Sequence record: SRR31156797_2820
Reading direction: 5' to 3' (one strand)
Length of the DNA stretch: 36,652 bases
Positions 10,351 through 20,530 of this stretch are shown here, piece after piece. A model generated the notes under the pieces. It was not told the DNA's origin and ran no database searches. It saw only the letters and a list, made by a program, of their open reading frames with translations. Position 1 is the stretch's first letter; the number at the start of each line of letters is the position of its first letter. Position numbers and translations under genes: made by a program.

Positions 10351-10418
10351 TAATTCTTTGTCTAATTAATAATTTGATGAATCATTTGTTGGTATTTGGC
10401 AAGACAAGCAATTCATTA

Positions 10419-11525
10419 TTACAATACAGCCTCTCCACTAATACCTTTATGTATTCCTGATGTTTTTAACACCAGCAAGCTTCCATTTTCTAAGCTATTG
10501 GTTACAATTGATCCTTCTTTTTGTTGAATGATATCTATCTTGAACTTTTCGACAATATTATCTTTCATTACATAAACATATGATTCATCAATCAACAGTT
10601 TTCGAGGAATCTCAACACCTTCTATATTAGTTTTCAAACTAATATCAGCAGATAAAAACATACCATCTTTTAGATTATCTCCTGACACTGCGATGTAAAC
10701 ATTCACCATTTGTGTTTGCGAATCAATCTTACTACCTATTCTTGACACTTTTCCAGTCCATTCCTGATTAATATTTTCTGAATAAAGCTTGACTTGATTA
10801 CCCAATTCAATATTTTTCAAATTGTTTAGGTCTACTCCAACTATTAAATCATAAGTATTAGTACTTATAAATTCACCCAATTTCTGTGCAGTTCTAACCA
10901 ATGTGCCTGGTTTAATGTACGATTCACTAACACGACCTGTAAAAGGGGCATCAATAGTATATTTAGTAAGCAACTCTTCTTCCGATTTGATATCGTAATA
11001 AGACTTGTAAATATTCTTACCTGCTATAAAATATTTCTCTTGGTCATTTTTAGCAATAGGAATTGTGGCTATGGGTTTTTCAACATCAAACTCACTTAAG
11101 TATTTTTTCCACCCTTCATAACTGTCAGGATAATCAAATTTCAGATCAGGAAGCAAACTAGCTATAGCAGTCATTAAACTGCTCTTATTTGCATATAAAC
11201 CTGTCCGCATCTGTGTATCATTAATTTTAAGCAAAGTCTCTCCCTTTTTATAAGTAATACCTTCTAAAAAGGATTTGTTGGAAAATTCCAATACTCCACT
11301 CACTTCTGCAAATACCTCAACTTTTTCATGCGCCTGTAAGGTGCCAATTACTGTATGCTTTAATTCCATTTGTTCATTCTCAATTTTCTGAACTGGAATC
11401 CGCAATACCTTTACTACCTCTTTCTTTTCGTGAGGTGGTTCTTTCATGCCTGCCAAAACAAATGCAACAACAAACAAGCTTAGAGCAACAAGTAAACCAA
11501 GTATGACACTTTTCTTTTTTAACAT
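10419..11525 (-). CDS. RND periplasmic adaptor (MFP)
   Basis: N-terminal TM; VFAEVSG, IDAPFTGRV and IDSQTQ motifs. Likely ATG at 11525 (track start 11570 is TTG). Confidence 0.9.
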   Translation of the reverse strand: MLKKKSVILGLLVALSLFVVAFVLAGMKEPPHEKKEVVKVLRIPVQKIENEQMELKHTVIGTLQAHEKVEVFAEVSGVLEFSNKSFLEGITYKKGETLLKINDTQMRTGLYANKSSLMTAIASLLPDLKFDYPDSYEGWKKYLSEFDVEKPIATIPIAKNDQEKYFIAGKNIYKSYYDIKSEEELLTKYTIDAPFTGRVSESYIKPGTLVRTAQKLGEFISTNTYDLIVGVDLNNLKNIELGNQVKLYSENINQEWTGKVSRIGSKIDSQTQMVNVYIAVSGDNLKDGMFLSADISLKTNIEGVEIPRKLLIDESYVYVMKDNIVEKFKIDIIQQKEGSIVTNSLENGSLLVLKTSGIHKGISGEAVL

Positions 11526-11885
11526 CTTGATAAGTTTTTTAGTATTTGCTGCAATAATAAGTCTCAACAAGCTATTAATTAAATTATATCGACAAGCGGA
11601 ATATCTCGGTCCATAAATTACTTAATCTGGTATTTTAACTCAGTTTAACTTCATTTTTAAATTGTTTGCCTTTATTCTGATTTAGTTTGTCGACAAATTG
11701 TTGAAATAAGCTTAAGATTTATTTGCTTCGCGTTAGAAGAGTAGGATTTGCAATATTTAATTCTAATAAGCAGAATAAATTCATTGCATTTGACTATTTT
11801 CATTTTTGGAAATAAATCATGAAGACCAACAGAGATAATTTTCTAAAAAATCAGTTAGCTCTGTTCTCTATAAGATCAAAATGTA

Positions 11886-12944
11886 ATGAATTTAAAAGAC
11901 AGATTATATCAGTTTTTCTCAATAAGGTTGGTTCAACATCTCTCCTTCTGGTCAGTATTTTTATTATTGGCTTTATGGCGATTCATGGATATGGAAAGAG
12001 AAAGAATTGCAAATGAAATATTCTTTGAAATTACTCAGTTATTTGTAATCGTATTATTCGTTTATTTCAATTTAAGATACTTAATACCTAAATATTGGAA
12101 CAAAGGAGAGTATTTCAATTATATTATCAATATCATATTTTACGAATTTCTTATCATTAGTTTTTTAAGTATTAGTATTAGATACTATCCAGATATCCAT
12201 TTTCAAAAAGTAGCAGGAGATAACCCTAGTAGACTAATAGTCATGAACTTTTTTAAGACAAATATTTTTGTCTTATCAAGTTCCTTATTTCATTTTGTAA
12301 AAGAATGGATTAAACTAAAAGATGAAAATTTAAAGTTTACTGAAAAAGCCCAGGAACAGCTCGAAGCTGAAATCAGTATTTTAAAAGCACAGGTAAATCC
12401 TCATTTCCTTTTCAATACACTAAATAATATTTACTCAATGAGTCTTTATGATTCAAAAAAGACTCCTGAGATGATTCTAAAGCTTAGTCAACTTATTAGC
12501 TACATGCTATACGAATGTAAAGATGAAGAAGTGAACCTTGAAAAGGAAATTCAATTTATAAAAAACTATATCGATTTAGAATCTGTACGAGTTGAAGATA
12601 TCGCAAGTATAAATCTCGAAATAAAAGGCGAAGATCCTGGACATAAGATACCACCTCTCCTATTCATACCATTAATAGAAAATGCATTTAAACATGGCAT
12701 TTCAACTGATCAAAATTCTTCAGAGATCAATATCAAACTAGAGGTTTCCAACAATAAAGTCGATCTTAAAATCAATAATCCAATTGATGAATCGAAGAAT
12801 GATAATAGAAAAGAACAATATGGTGGTCTCGGAATTGAGAATGTAAAAAAGAGACTCAATTTGTTATTTCCTAAAAGATACGAGTTTACAATATCTAAAA
12901 CTGATAATTTATACTCAACACATCTAAGTTTAACACTTTCTTAA
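11886..12944 (+). CDS. LytS-type membrane sensor histidine kinase
   Basis: N-terminal TM helices; LKAQVNPHFLFNTLNNIY, IPPLLFIPLIENAFKHG and GGLGIENVKKRL motifs. Confidence 0.95.
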   Translation: MNLKDRLYQFFSIRLVQHLSFWSVFLLLALWRFMDMERERIANEIFFEITQLFVIVLFVYFNLRYLIPKYWNKGEYFNYIINIIFYEFLIISFLSISIRYYPDIHFQKVAGDNPSRLIVMNFFKTNIFVLSSSLFHFVKEWIKLKDENLKFTEKAQEQLEAEISILKAQVNPHFLFNTLNNIYSMSLYDSKKTPEMILKLSQLISYMLYECKDEEVNLEKEIQFIKNYIDLESVRVEDIASINLEIKGEDPGHKIPPLLFIPLIENAFKHGISTDQNSSEINIKLEVSNNKVDLKINNPIDESKNDNRKEQYGGLGIENVKKRLNLLFPKRYEFTISKTDNLYSTHLSLTLS

Positions 12945-13684
12945 TGACTACTAATATGAAAATTAAATGTATCATAGTTGATGATGAAATTCATGCCAGA
13001 AAAGTTCTTGAGAAATACATACAAGATATTCCTCATCTTGAATTGATTAAATCGTGTAAAAATGCATTGGAAGCGATGGATATTCTACGAAATCAATCAA
13101 TAGATGCCATGTTCCTGGATATAAACATGCCAAAAATTACAGGCTTAAATTTTCTGGAAAGCTTACAAAATGCACCTGCTGTAGTAATTACAACTGCTTA
13201 TCGAGAATATGCTCTTGATGCATATGAATTAGATGTAGTCGACTATTTGCACAAGCCCATACCTTTTCCTCGATTTGTAAAATCAATTTCAAAAATTGAA
13301 GACAGATTACAGGTTAAAAGTCAGCCAATACAAAAAGTAAAAGAAAACAATCCCGAAATTGCTTCTGATTTCATATTTGTAAAGGCAGATAAAAAAACCA
13401 TAAAGTTAAATTTTAACGAAATTCAATACATCGAAGGTCTTGGCGACTATGTTAAAATTCATACTAAAGAAAGGAGTATTGTTAGTAAGCTAACCGTAAA
13501 GCGTATGGAAGAGTTGTTGCCTTCAAATCAATTCCCACGTGTTCACAAATCCTTTATTGTTGCAATGAGAGCAATTAACTCAATTGAAGGAAATCAAATT
13601 GAAACTGATACATGTAAAATTCCAATCGGACAAATCTACCGTCAAGGATTTATTGAATTAATTAATTCATTTCTTAAAAAATAG
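12944..13684 (+). CDS. LytTR-family response regulator
   Basis: Receiver motifs IVDDE, FLDINMP, TTAY, KP; LytTR motif FPRVHKSFIV. TAATG overlap with the kinase. Confidence 0.95.
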   Translation: MTTNMKIKCIIVDDEIHARKVLEKYIQDIPHLELIKSCKNALEAMDILRNQSIDAMFLDINMPKITGLNFLESLQNAPAVVITTAYREYALDAYELDVVDYLHKPIPFPRFVKSISKIEDRLQVKSQPIQKVKENNPEIASDFIFVKADKKTIKLNFNEIQYIEGLGDYVKIHTKERSIVSKLTVKRMEELLPSNQFPRVHKSFIVAMRAINSIEGNQIETDTCKIPIGQIYRQGFIELINSFLKK

Positions 13685-13765
13685 ATCAATCCTGTTCAAT
13701 TTATAGCTCCTTTTACCACTATTTACAGTCTTCTAAAGGATCTTTGTAGTTTTTTAACATTTTTT

Positions 13766-13785
13766 AGTTCGGAACAAACCGAACT
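13766..13785. promoter_or_regulatory. Palindromic operator copy 1 (AGTTCGG-N6-CCGAACT)
   Basis: Perfect 7-bp inverted repeat directly before the TATATTTG -7 element (13791-13798) of the regulator gene. Confidence 0.75.
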
Positions 13786-13809
13786 GTAGTTATATTTGCA
13801 TCGTTAAAG

Positions 13810-14334
13810 ATGACAAAAATGAAAGATCAAATCGATTTAGAAAATCAAAAAAAATTGCTTGTTGAAAGCTACGGTCTGTTTATGGAAAAGCAAGAAAAGC
13901 TCGCTCCTATTGCTGCTCGTATATTTGCAACTTTACTTATTGATAAAGAAAATGGATCTACATTTGAAGAATTGGTTAATTTTCTTGGAGCAAGTAAAAG
14001 TACTGTTTCAACAAATTTAAAAACTCTTCAGAAAACTGAAATTATAACCTATCACACAAAACCGGGTGATAGAAAAAAATATTTCACATTAAATCCTGTA
14101 GGTTTCTTAGCCAGAATAAATGAGAGTATCAAAATGTATCGCATAGAACAAAAATTATTGATACAGGTTAGAGAATACAAGCAATTAGCCAATCAAACTT
14201 CAAAAGATAAAAATTATACCATAGATCACGACATGCCCTATTTGGATTTTTTAACCAATACGATTAATCTGTTAGAACAACTTCATAAAGATATTGAAGC
14301 GAAATGTTCTATTTTCGATCACCTGTCTAAATAA
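13810..14334 (+). CDS. MarR/GbsR-type winged-helix transcriptional regulator
   Basis: PIAARIFATLL, TFEELVNFLGASKSTVSTNLKTL (HTH) and PGDRKKYF (wing). Confidence 0.9.
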   Translation: MTKMKDQIDLENQKKLLVESYGLFMEKQEKLAPIAARIFATLLIDKENGSTFEELVNFLGASKSTVSTNLKTLQKTEIITYHTKPGDRKKYFTLNPVGFLARINESIKMYRIEQKLLIQVREYKQLANQTSKDKNYTIDHDMPYLDFLTNTINLLEQLHKDIEAKCSIFDHLSK

Positions 14335-14372
14335 TTTTGATCAGCTAATTCATTAGTTTTTTAGCTTCCTAT

Positions 14373-14405
14373 GGTTCGTATACGTCCGAACTTAAAGAAC
14401 TAAAA
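14373..14405. promoter_or_regulatory. Operator copy 2 (GTTCG-N8-CGAAC) plus tail TTAAAGAACTAAAA
   Basis: GGTTCGTATACGTCCGAACTTAAAGAACTAAAA between the regulator and the MFP gene. Confidence 0.7.
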
Positions 14406-14466
14406 TGAATGATGATTAATAAAGATCAATTAATTGTAAATAAATAATCAAAACCAATATCTCACT

Positions 14467-14499
14467 AGTTCGCTTTCAGTCGAACTTAAAGAACTAAAA
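14467..14499. promoter_or_regulatory. Operator copy 3 (AGTTCG-N8-CGAACT) plus the same tail
   Basis: AGTTCGCTTTCAGTCGAACTTAAAGAACTAAAA, ending 8 nt before the MFP ATG. Confidence 0.7.
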
Positions 14500-14507
14500 A
14501 TAAAAGA

Positions 14508-15662
14508 ATGAAGAAAAACTATTTATTCGCAGGTATAGCAATCCTCCTACTAGGATTTACCTCATGCAAAAATGGAAACCAGCCTCAAACAGGACATGGT
14601 CCAATGCCTTTTCCTGTGCAAACTGTAGAGAAATCGAATGTAACTACATATACAGAATATGCTGCCAATATCGAAGGAGTTCAAAATATCGAGATTAGAC
14701 CTAAAGTTGATGGATTTATTGATCGAATTTATGTAGATGAAGGAGCCGAAGTAAAAAAAGGTCAATTGCTTTTTAAACTAAGTGCCGAAACTTTAAACCA
14801 ACAAGTAAATGCCGCTAAAGCCAATATTTCGGTTGCAGAAGCTCAGGTTGTATCAGCACAGGTTGAAGTTGATAAGATAACTCCATTGGTTGAGAAAAAT
14901 ATTGTGAGTTCAGTTCAATTAAAAACTGCAAAAAGCAACCTAAATGCTGCCAATGCGCAATTAGCTGCAGCAAAAGCAGATTACCAAAATGCCAAAGAAA
15001 ATCAGGATTATACTATAATAAAAAGTCCGGTTGATGGAATGATTGGAAGCATACCTTATAAAGTTGGTAGTTTGGTTGGGAGAACTGAAACTAATCCTTT
15101 AACAACAGTTTCTAATATTAAAAATGTGTACGCTTATTTTACACTGAATGAGAAACAATTATTACAATTTAACAGACAGTTAAATGGTAGTAGTGTTAAG
15201 GAAAAGATAGAGCAAATGCCAGAGGTAGAGTTGGTTTTAGCAGACGGATCAATTTACGATGAAAAAGGACGAATTGAAACCATTAATGGTATGGTAAATC
15301 CTAGGACAGGAAGTATTAGTTACCGAGCAATTTTTCCAAATACAAATCACTTACTAAGAAGTGGTATTAGTGGTAAAGTTAAAATGCCTGCGAATATTAC
15401 TAACATCGTTTTATTGCCACAACAGGCTACTTTCGAGCTACAAGGAAAGAAATTTGTCTACTTGGTGAATAAAGATAACAAAGTACAGTCAAAAGAAGTT
15501 ATTGTTTCGAATACTACAGATACTCATTTTATTGTAAAAAATGGAGTTCAAGCAGGACAAAAGTTTGTTGTTGATGGATTAATAAAGCTTAGAGAAGGAA
15601 TGGAAATCATTCCTCAATCAGGTGATAACACCCCTGGTAATGCTGCATTTTCAAAAGAATAA
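14508..15662 (+). CDS. RND efflux periplasmic adaptor lipoprotein (AcrA-like)
   Basis: Lipobox FTSC; EIRPKVDGFI, EGAEVKKGQLLF, IKSPVDG and LRSG motifs. Confidence 0.95.
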   Translation: MKKNYLFAGIAILLLGFTSCKNGNQPQTGHGPMPFPVQTVEKSNVTTYTEYAANIEGVQNIEIRPKVDGFIDRIYVDEGAEVKKGQLLFKLSAETLNQQVNAAKANISVAEAQVVSAQVEVDKITPLVEKNIVSSVQLKTAKSNLNAANAQLAAAKADYQNAKENQDYTIIKSPVDGMIGSIPYKVGSLVGRTETNPLTTVSNIKNVYAYFTLNEKQLLQFNRQLNGSSVKEKIEQMPEVELVLADGSIYDEKGRIETINGMVNPRTGSISYRAIFPNTNHLLRSGISGKVKMPANITNIVLLPQQATFELQGKKFVYLVNKDNKVQSKEVIVSNTTDTHFIVKNGVQAGQKFVVDGLIKLREGMEIIPQSGDNTPGNAAFSKE

Positions 15663-15696
15663 GTAAAATTTTTATTACAATTTTCAAGTAAAAAAC

Positions 15697-18600
15697 ATGT
15701 TACAGAAATTTATTGAACGGCCGGTACTATCGACCGTAATATCCATACTCATCGTAATTTTGGGGATTTTAGGTCTTTCTTCATTACCTCGAGAACAGTT
15801 TCCTGAGATTGCACCTCCAACGGTTCAAATTTCAGCCACATACCCAGGAGCAAATGCTGAGACCATTTTAAAAAGTGTTGTTGTACCAATCGAAGAAGCA
15901 GTAAACGGAGTTGAAAATATGACTTATATGTCATCAACCTCAAGTAACGACGGAACTGCATCAATCAGTGTTTATTTCGAATTGGGTACCAATCCAGATA
16001 TTGCCGCTGTTAATGTTCAAAACCGTGTTGCTACAGTTAACAGCAAGTTACCTCAACAGGTAATTCAATCTGGTGTAACAACCGAAAAGGTACAGAACAG
16101 TGTTTTAATGTTCTTTTCGTTGTACACTGATAATGATGATTTCGATGCAACCTTCATCGAAAACTACGCGCGTATCAACCTAATTCCTATGATCAAAAGG
16201 GTAAATGGTGTTGGTAGTGCCAATGTATTTGGTTCAAAAGATTATTCAATGAGAATATGGTTGAAACCAGAAAAAATGGCAGCTTACGGCTTAACACCTC
16301 AAGATGTTGTAAGCGCATTAAATGAACAAAATCTCGAAGCAGCACCAGGAAAATTTGGTGAGAATTCAAATCAGGCATTCGAATATGTTATTCGTTACAA
16401 AGGAAAACTTTCAACCCAAAATGAATATGAGAACATTATCTTAAGATCTGAAGGAAATAGTGATTTTCTAAGATTAAAAGATGTGGCAAAAGTAGAATTA
16501 GGAGCATTTAATTACGGAACAAAAAACATTACAAATGGAAACCCATCAGTAGCTGTTGCAGTTTATCAAACCTCTGGATCAAATGCTCAGGAAATTATTA
16601 AAGAGGTTGTTGCAACACTAGAAAAGGCAAAAAAGGATTTTCCTAAAGGCGTTGACTATGTGATACCATTTAACACAAATGATTTCCTTGAGGCATCCAT
16701 TAGCAAAGTGGTTAGCACCTTAATTGAGGCATTCCTTCTGGTGTTTCTTGTTGTATTCTTATTCCTACAAGATTTTAGATCAACTTTGATTCCTGCTATT
16801 GCAGTTCCTGTAGCTATTATTGGTACATTCTTCTTCCTGAATCTATTTGGATTCTCGATTAACATGTTGACCTTATTTGCGCTGGTGTTAGCCATCGGTA
16901 TTGTAGTTGATGATGCCATTGTGGTGGTTGAAGCAGTCCATGCTAAACTTGATAATGGAGCGAAGAGTGCTAAAAAAGCAACCATATCTGCTATGAGCGA
17001 GATTACTGGTGCTATTATTTCAATAACCTTGGTAATGTCCGCGGTATTTATTCCAGTTTCATTTTTGGAGGGACCAACAGGAGCATTTTACCAACAATTC
17101 GCCATTACACTGGCAGTTGCTATTGTAATTTCAGCAATTAATGCATTGACCTTAAGTCCAGCATTATGTGCAATTTTGCTTAAACCTCATGATCCTAGTG
17201 AAGAACACAAAAAAGGATTGGCTAATCGTTTTTATACTTCATTTAATACAGGATTCGATGTTGTAACTGAACGTTATACCAACTCTGTTCGTTTTCTGAT
17301 CCGCAAAAAGTGGTTGTCAGGAGTAATACTTGTAGTATTTATTGCTTTAGCAGGATGGTTCTTTAAAACAACACCAACCGGATTTATTCCAAATGAAGAT
17401 CAAGGTATCATATTTTGTGACATCACATTACCTCCAGGAAGTACTTTAGATAGAACAACTGAAGTTGCAGGTAGAGTTGAGAAAATCATTAACGAAATTG
17501 ATGTTGTTCAAGAGAACATGTTTGTAATTGGTTTTAGTTTAATGAGTGGTACAAATGGTGGATCAAAAGCATTTGCGGTAATAAAACTAAAAGAGTGGAA
17601 TCAGCGTAAAGAGGATCACCAAAAAGTAAATGCCTTAATTGGTCAATTGTTTGGAAGAACTGCAGGCATTAACGAAGCCAGAATATTATTCTTCGCCCCT
17701 CCTACAGTCCGAGGATTTGGTAATTCTGATGGATTCGAAATGCGTTTGCAAGATAAATCAAACGGTGAGTTTAGCGATTTAATGGCTAAAAGTGGTCAAT
17801 TCCTAGGAGCATTGAACCAACGACCAGAGATTAAGTATGCAATTACTTCATTTAACACAGGATTTCCACAATATGAAATGGAAGTTAATGTTGAGAAAGT
17901 AAAAGAAGCAGGAATATCAGTTAATGGACTATTTTCGACTCTGCAGGGATATTATGGAAGTTGGTATGCTGCCGATTTCAACCGCTTTGGTAAGCAATAT
18001 CGCGTGATGATTCAGTCTTCACCTGAAGATCGTGAAACCATTGAATCGATGAATAATGTGTTTGTGCGAAATTCACAAAACGAATTGGTTTCTGTAAGCC
18101 AGTTTGTGAATATGAAAAAAGTGAATGGACCTGATGTTGTGAACCGATTCAACCTGTTCAACTCTGCGACAATAAACGGAAATGTAAATCCAGGTTATAG
18201 TACAGGTGATGCTATTAAAGCAATTCAGGAAGTTGCCGCAGAAACATTACCGGCTACTTATGGATACGAATTCTCAGGAATGACACGTGAGGAACAGAAA
18301 GCAGGTAATCAAGCTATTTTGGTATTTGCCTTGAGTTTGATTTTTGTTTACTTCTTGTTAGCCGCACAGTACGAATCTTACATACTGCCATTCTCAATTA
18401 TTTTATCCTTACCTATCGGGATATTTGGAGCGATATTCTTTGTAAAAACCATTGGTTTGGAAAATAATATTTATTTCCAGGTTGCCTTGATCATGTTGAT
18501 TGGTTTGCTGGCTAAAAATGCAATTCTAATTGTGGAATTTGCTTTGCAACGTCGCCGACAAGGTATGGAAATAATTCAAGCAGCTGCAGAAGGTGCTAAA

Positions 18601-18849
18601 GCTCGTTTACGTCCAATCTTGATGACCTCTTTCGCCTTTATTCTTGGTTTAATGCCATTAATGCTGGCAAGTGGCGCAGGTGCTGTTGGTAACCGTTCTA
18701 TTGGGACCGGTGCTGTTGGAGGCATGTTAATAGGAACCATATTTGGTGTATTTGTAATACCTGCATTCTTTGTGATTTTCCAAATTATTCAGGAAAAAAT
18801 CACCGGAGCTCCAAAGTTGGAAGAAAACGAATTGGAAACAGCAGAATAA
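15697..18849 (+). CDS. HAE1-family RND efflux permease (AcrB-like)
   Basis: FIERPV, FPEIAPP, LAIGIVVDDAIVVVE, GLLAKNAILIVEFA and RLRPILMTS motifs. Confidence 0.97.
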   Translation: MLQKFIERPVLSTVISILIVILGILGLSSLPREQFPEIAPPTVQISATYPGANAETILKSVVVPIEEAVNGVENMTYMSSTSSNDGTASISVYFELGTNPDIAAVNVQNRVATVNSKLPQQVIQSGVTTEKVQNSVLMFFSLYTDNDDFDATFIENYARINLIPMIKRVNGVGSANVFGSKDYSMRIWLKPEKMAAYGLTPQDVVSALNEQNLEAAPGKFGENSNQAFEYVIRYKGKLSTQNEYENIILRSEGNSDFLRLKDVAKVELGAFNYGTKNITNGNPSVAVAVYQTSGSNAQEIIKEVVATLEKAKKDFPKGVDYVIPFNTNDFLEASISKVVSTLIEAFLLVFLVVFLFLQDFRSTLIPAIAVPVAIIGTFFFLNLFGFSINMLTLFALVLAIGIVVDDAIVVVEAVHAKLDNGAKSAKKATISAMSEITGAIISITLVMSAVFIPVSFLEGPTGAFYQQFAITLAVAIVISAINALTLSPALCAILLKPHDPSEEHKKGLANRFYTSFNTGFDVVTERYTNSVRFLIRKKWLSGVILVVFIALAGWFFKTTPTGFIPNEDQGIIFCDITLPPGSTLDRTTEVAGRVEKIINEIDVVQENMFVIGFSLMSGTNGGSKAFAVIKLKEWNQRKEDHQKVNALIGQLFGRTAGINEARILFFAPPTVRGFGNSDGFEMRLQDKSNGEFSDLMAKSGQFLGALNQRPEIKYAITSFNTGFPQYEMEVNVEKVKEAGISVNGLFSTLQGYYGSWYAADFNRFGKQYRVMIQSSPEDRETIESMNNVFVRNSQNELVSVSQFVNMKKVNGPDVVNRFNLFNSATINGNVNPGYSTGDAIKAIQEVAAETLPATYGYEFSGMTREEQKAGNQAILVFALSLIFVYFLLAAQYESYILPFSIILSLPIGIFGAIFFVKTIGLENNIYFQVALIMLIGLLAKNAILIVEFALQRRRQGMEIIQAAAEGAKARLRPILMTSFAFILGLMPLMLASGAGAVGNRSIGTGAVGGMLIGTIFGVFVIPAFFVIFQIIQEKITGAPKLEENELETAE

Positions 18850-18860
18850 TCTAGAGCAAA

Positions 18861-20273
18861 ATGAAGAAAAGATATATAATCATTAGTCTGGTATTGACAG
18901 CATTCAGTCTTCAGTCCTGTTTTGTTGCCAAAAAATACCAGCAACCTGAAATAGAAATTCAGGACCAGTACAGAAATGTATCTACAACTGATTCAAGCAC
19001 TTTGGCAAGTATGCCATGGAATCAGTTGTTCACCGATACAAAATTAAATGCACTTATTCAGGAAGCTTTGGATTCTAACCTGGATCTGTTAATGGCAGTT
19101 GAACGTGTGAATGCCGCTGAAGCCTACTATAAACAAGGTAAAATGGGTTATCTCCCTAGCTTAAATTTAAGTGCTAATGGTGGTAATTACGAATTATCAG
19201 ACAATAGTCAATCTGGTGTAGCTGCTGGCGGTAAAGGACCTAATTACGAGAACTACCAATTAACGGGTACTGTTTCCTGGGAAGCTGACATCTGGGGTAA
19301 AATAAGAAGCAATAAAAGAGCGTCACAAGCTTCGTACTTGCAAAGTGAGGCATCGAGAAGAGCTGTTGAAAGTAGCTTGGTTGCCAATATGGCTTCAACC
19401 TATTACCAGCTTGTTGCTTTAGATGCTCAGGTTGCTGTTGCCAGTAAAACGGTAACCAATCGTAAGGAAAGTTTAGAAACGATGAAAAGCTTAAAAGAAG
19501 CTGGGCAGGTAACCGAAGCTGCCGTAAAGCAAACCGAAGCTCAGTTGTACAGCACACAAATCTTACTGCTTGATTTGGAACAAAATGTTGCCTTACTGGA
19601 AAACACTATTTCTCTATTATTAGGAAGAAGTCCTTATTTAATAGACAGAAGTTCTCTGGAGGAGCAAAACATTACAATTGAGTTAAAAACAGGTTTTCCT
19701 GCTCAATTACTGAGAAATCGTCCAGATGTTATGGTGGCTGAATTTGGTTTAATGAATGCCTTTGAATTGACTAATGTAGCCAAAAGCAATTTCTACCCTA
19801 GCATTAGCCTTAGTGCAAGCGCAGGTCTCGAGAGTATTAACTTTGATGATTGGTTTGATTCAGGAGCTATCTTCAGCAATGTGGTAGGAAATTTAACCCA
19901 ACCTCTGTTCAACAAGAGAAAGGTTAGAACACAACACGAGGTTGCAAGGGCACAACAAGCTGAAGCCAGGTACAATTTCAAAAAATCAGTTCTAAATGCA
20001 AGTACAGAAGTTTCGGATGCATTGTATACTTATCAGAGTGAAGTAAACAAATTTGAAATCAGAAAGCAAGAGCTGAAAGCCTTAACCGATGCTGTAAGCT
20101 ATTCAGAAGAATTGCTGAATAATGCTTATCAAAACACAACCTATCTGGAGGTGTTAACAGCTAGAAGCAATGCACTTTCTTCTGAAATTAATATGATTGA
20201 TTCAAAATACAAGCAATTGAACTCCATTGTTAAGCTTTATCTGGCTCTTGGCGGTGGATGGACCAATAACTAA
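18861..20273 (+). CDS. NodT/OprM-family outer-membrane efflux lipoprotein
   Basis: Lipobox LQSC; WEADIWGK, LLRNRPDV, FYPSISL and LYLALGGGW motifs. Confidence 0.95.
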   Translation: MKKRYIIISLVLTAFSLQSCFVAKKYQQPEIEIQDQYRNVSTTDSSTLASMPWNQLFTDTKLNALIQEALDSNLDLLMAVERVNAAEAYYKQGKMGYLPSLNLSANGGNYELSDNSQSGVAAGGKGPNYENYQLTGTVSWEADIWGKIRSNKRASQASYLQSEASRRAVESSLVANMASTYYQLVALDAQVAVASKTVTNRKESLETMKSLKEAGQVTEAAVKQTEAQLYSTQILLLDLEQNVALLENTISLLLGRSPYLIDRSSLEEQNITIELKTGFPAQLLRNRPDVMVAEFGLMNAFELTNVAKSNFYPSISLSASAGLESINFDDWFDSGAIFSNVVGNLTQPLFNKRKVRTQHEVARAQQAEARYNFKKSVLNASTEVSDALYTYQSEVNKFEIRKQELKALTDAVSYSEELLNNAYQNTTYLEVLTARSNALSSEINMIDSKYKQLNSIVKLYLALGGGWTNN

Positions 20274-20382
20274 ACACATTATTTGTGGGGAAAGTGACCG
20301 GATCAAAATAGTGGGATATTTAGATTGAGATTATTTCAATCTTATGATCCGGTCCTACTTTTATTATATTAGCATATCAATT

Positions 20383-20420
20383 ACAGCATCGAAGACTTGG
20401 TCTTTGATGCTGTTTTTTTT
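20383..20420 (+). terminator. Rho-independent terminator after the HAE1 pump operon
   Basis: ACAGCATCGAAGAC-TTG-GTCTTTGATGCTGT stem with one G-U pair, followed by a T run. Confidence 0.85.
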
Positions 20421-20530
20421 ATGGGAAAAATTCATTTTTGCAGAGAGAAAAAAGAGTTGTAAATTGAGGAGTGCTATTCAAAACCACCCTACTCCTTCCC
20501 AATTGAGTTTAATTCTTAATTCAATCTAAA

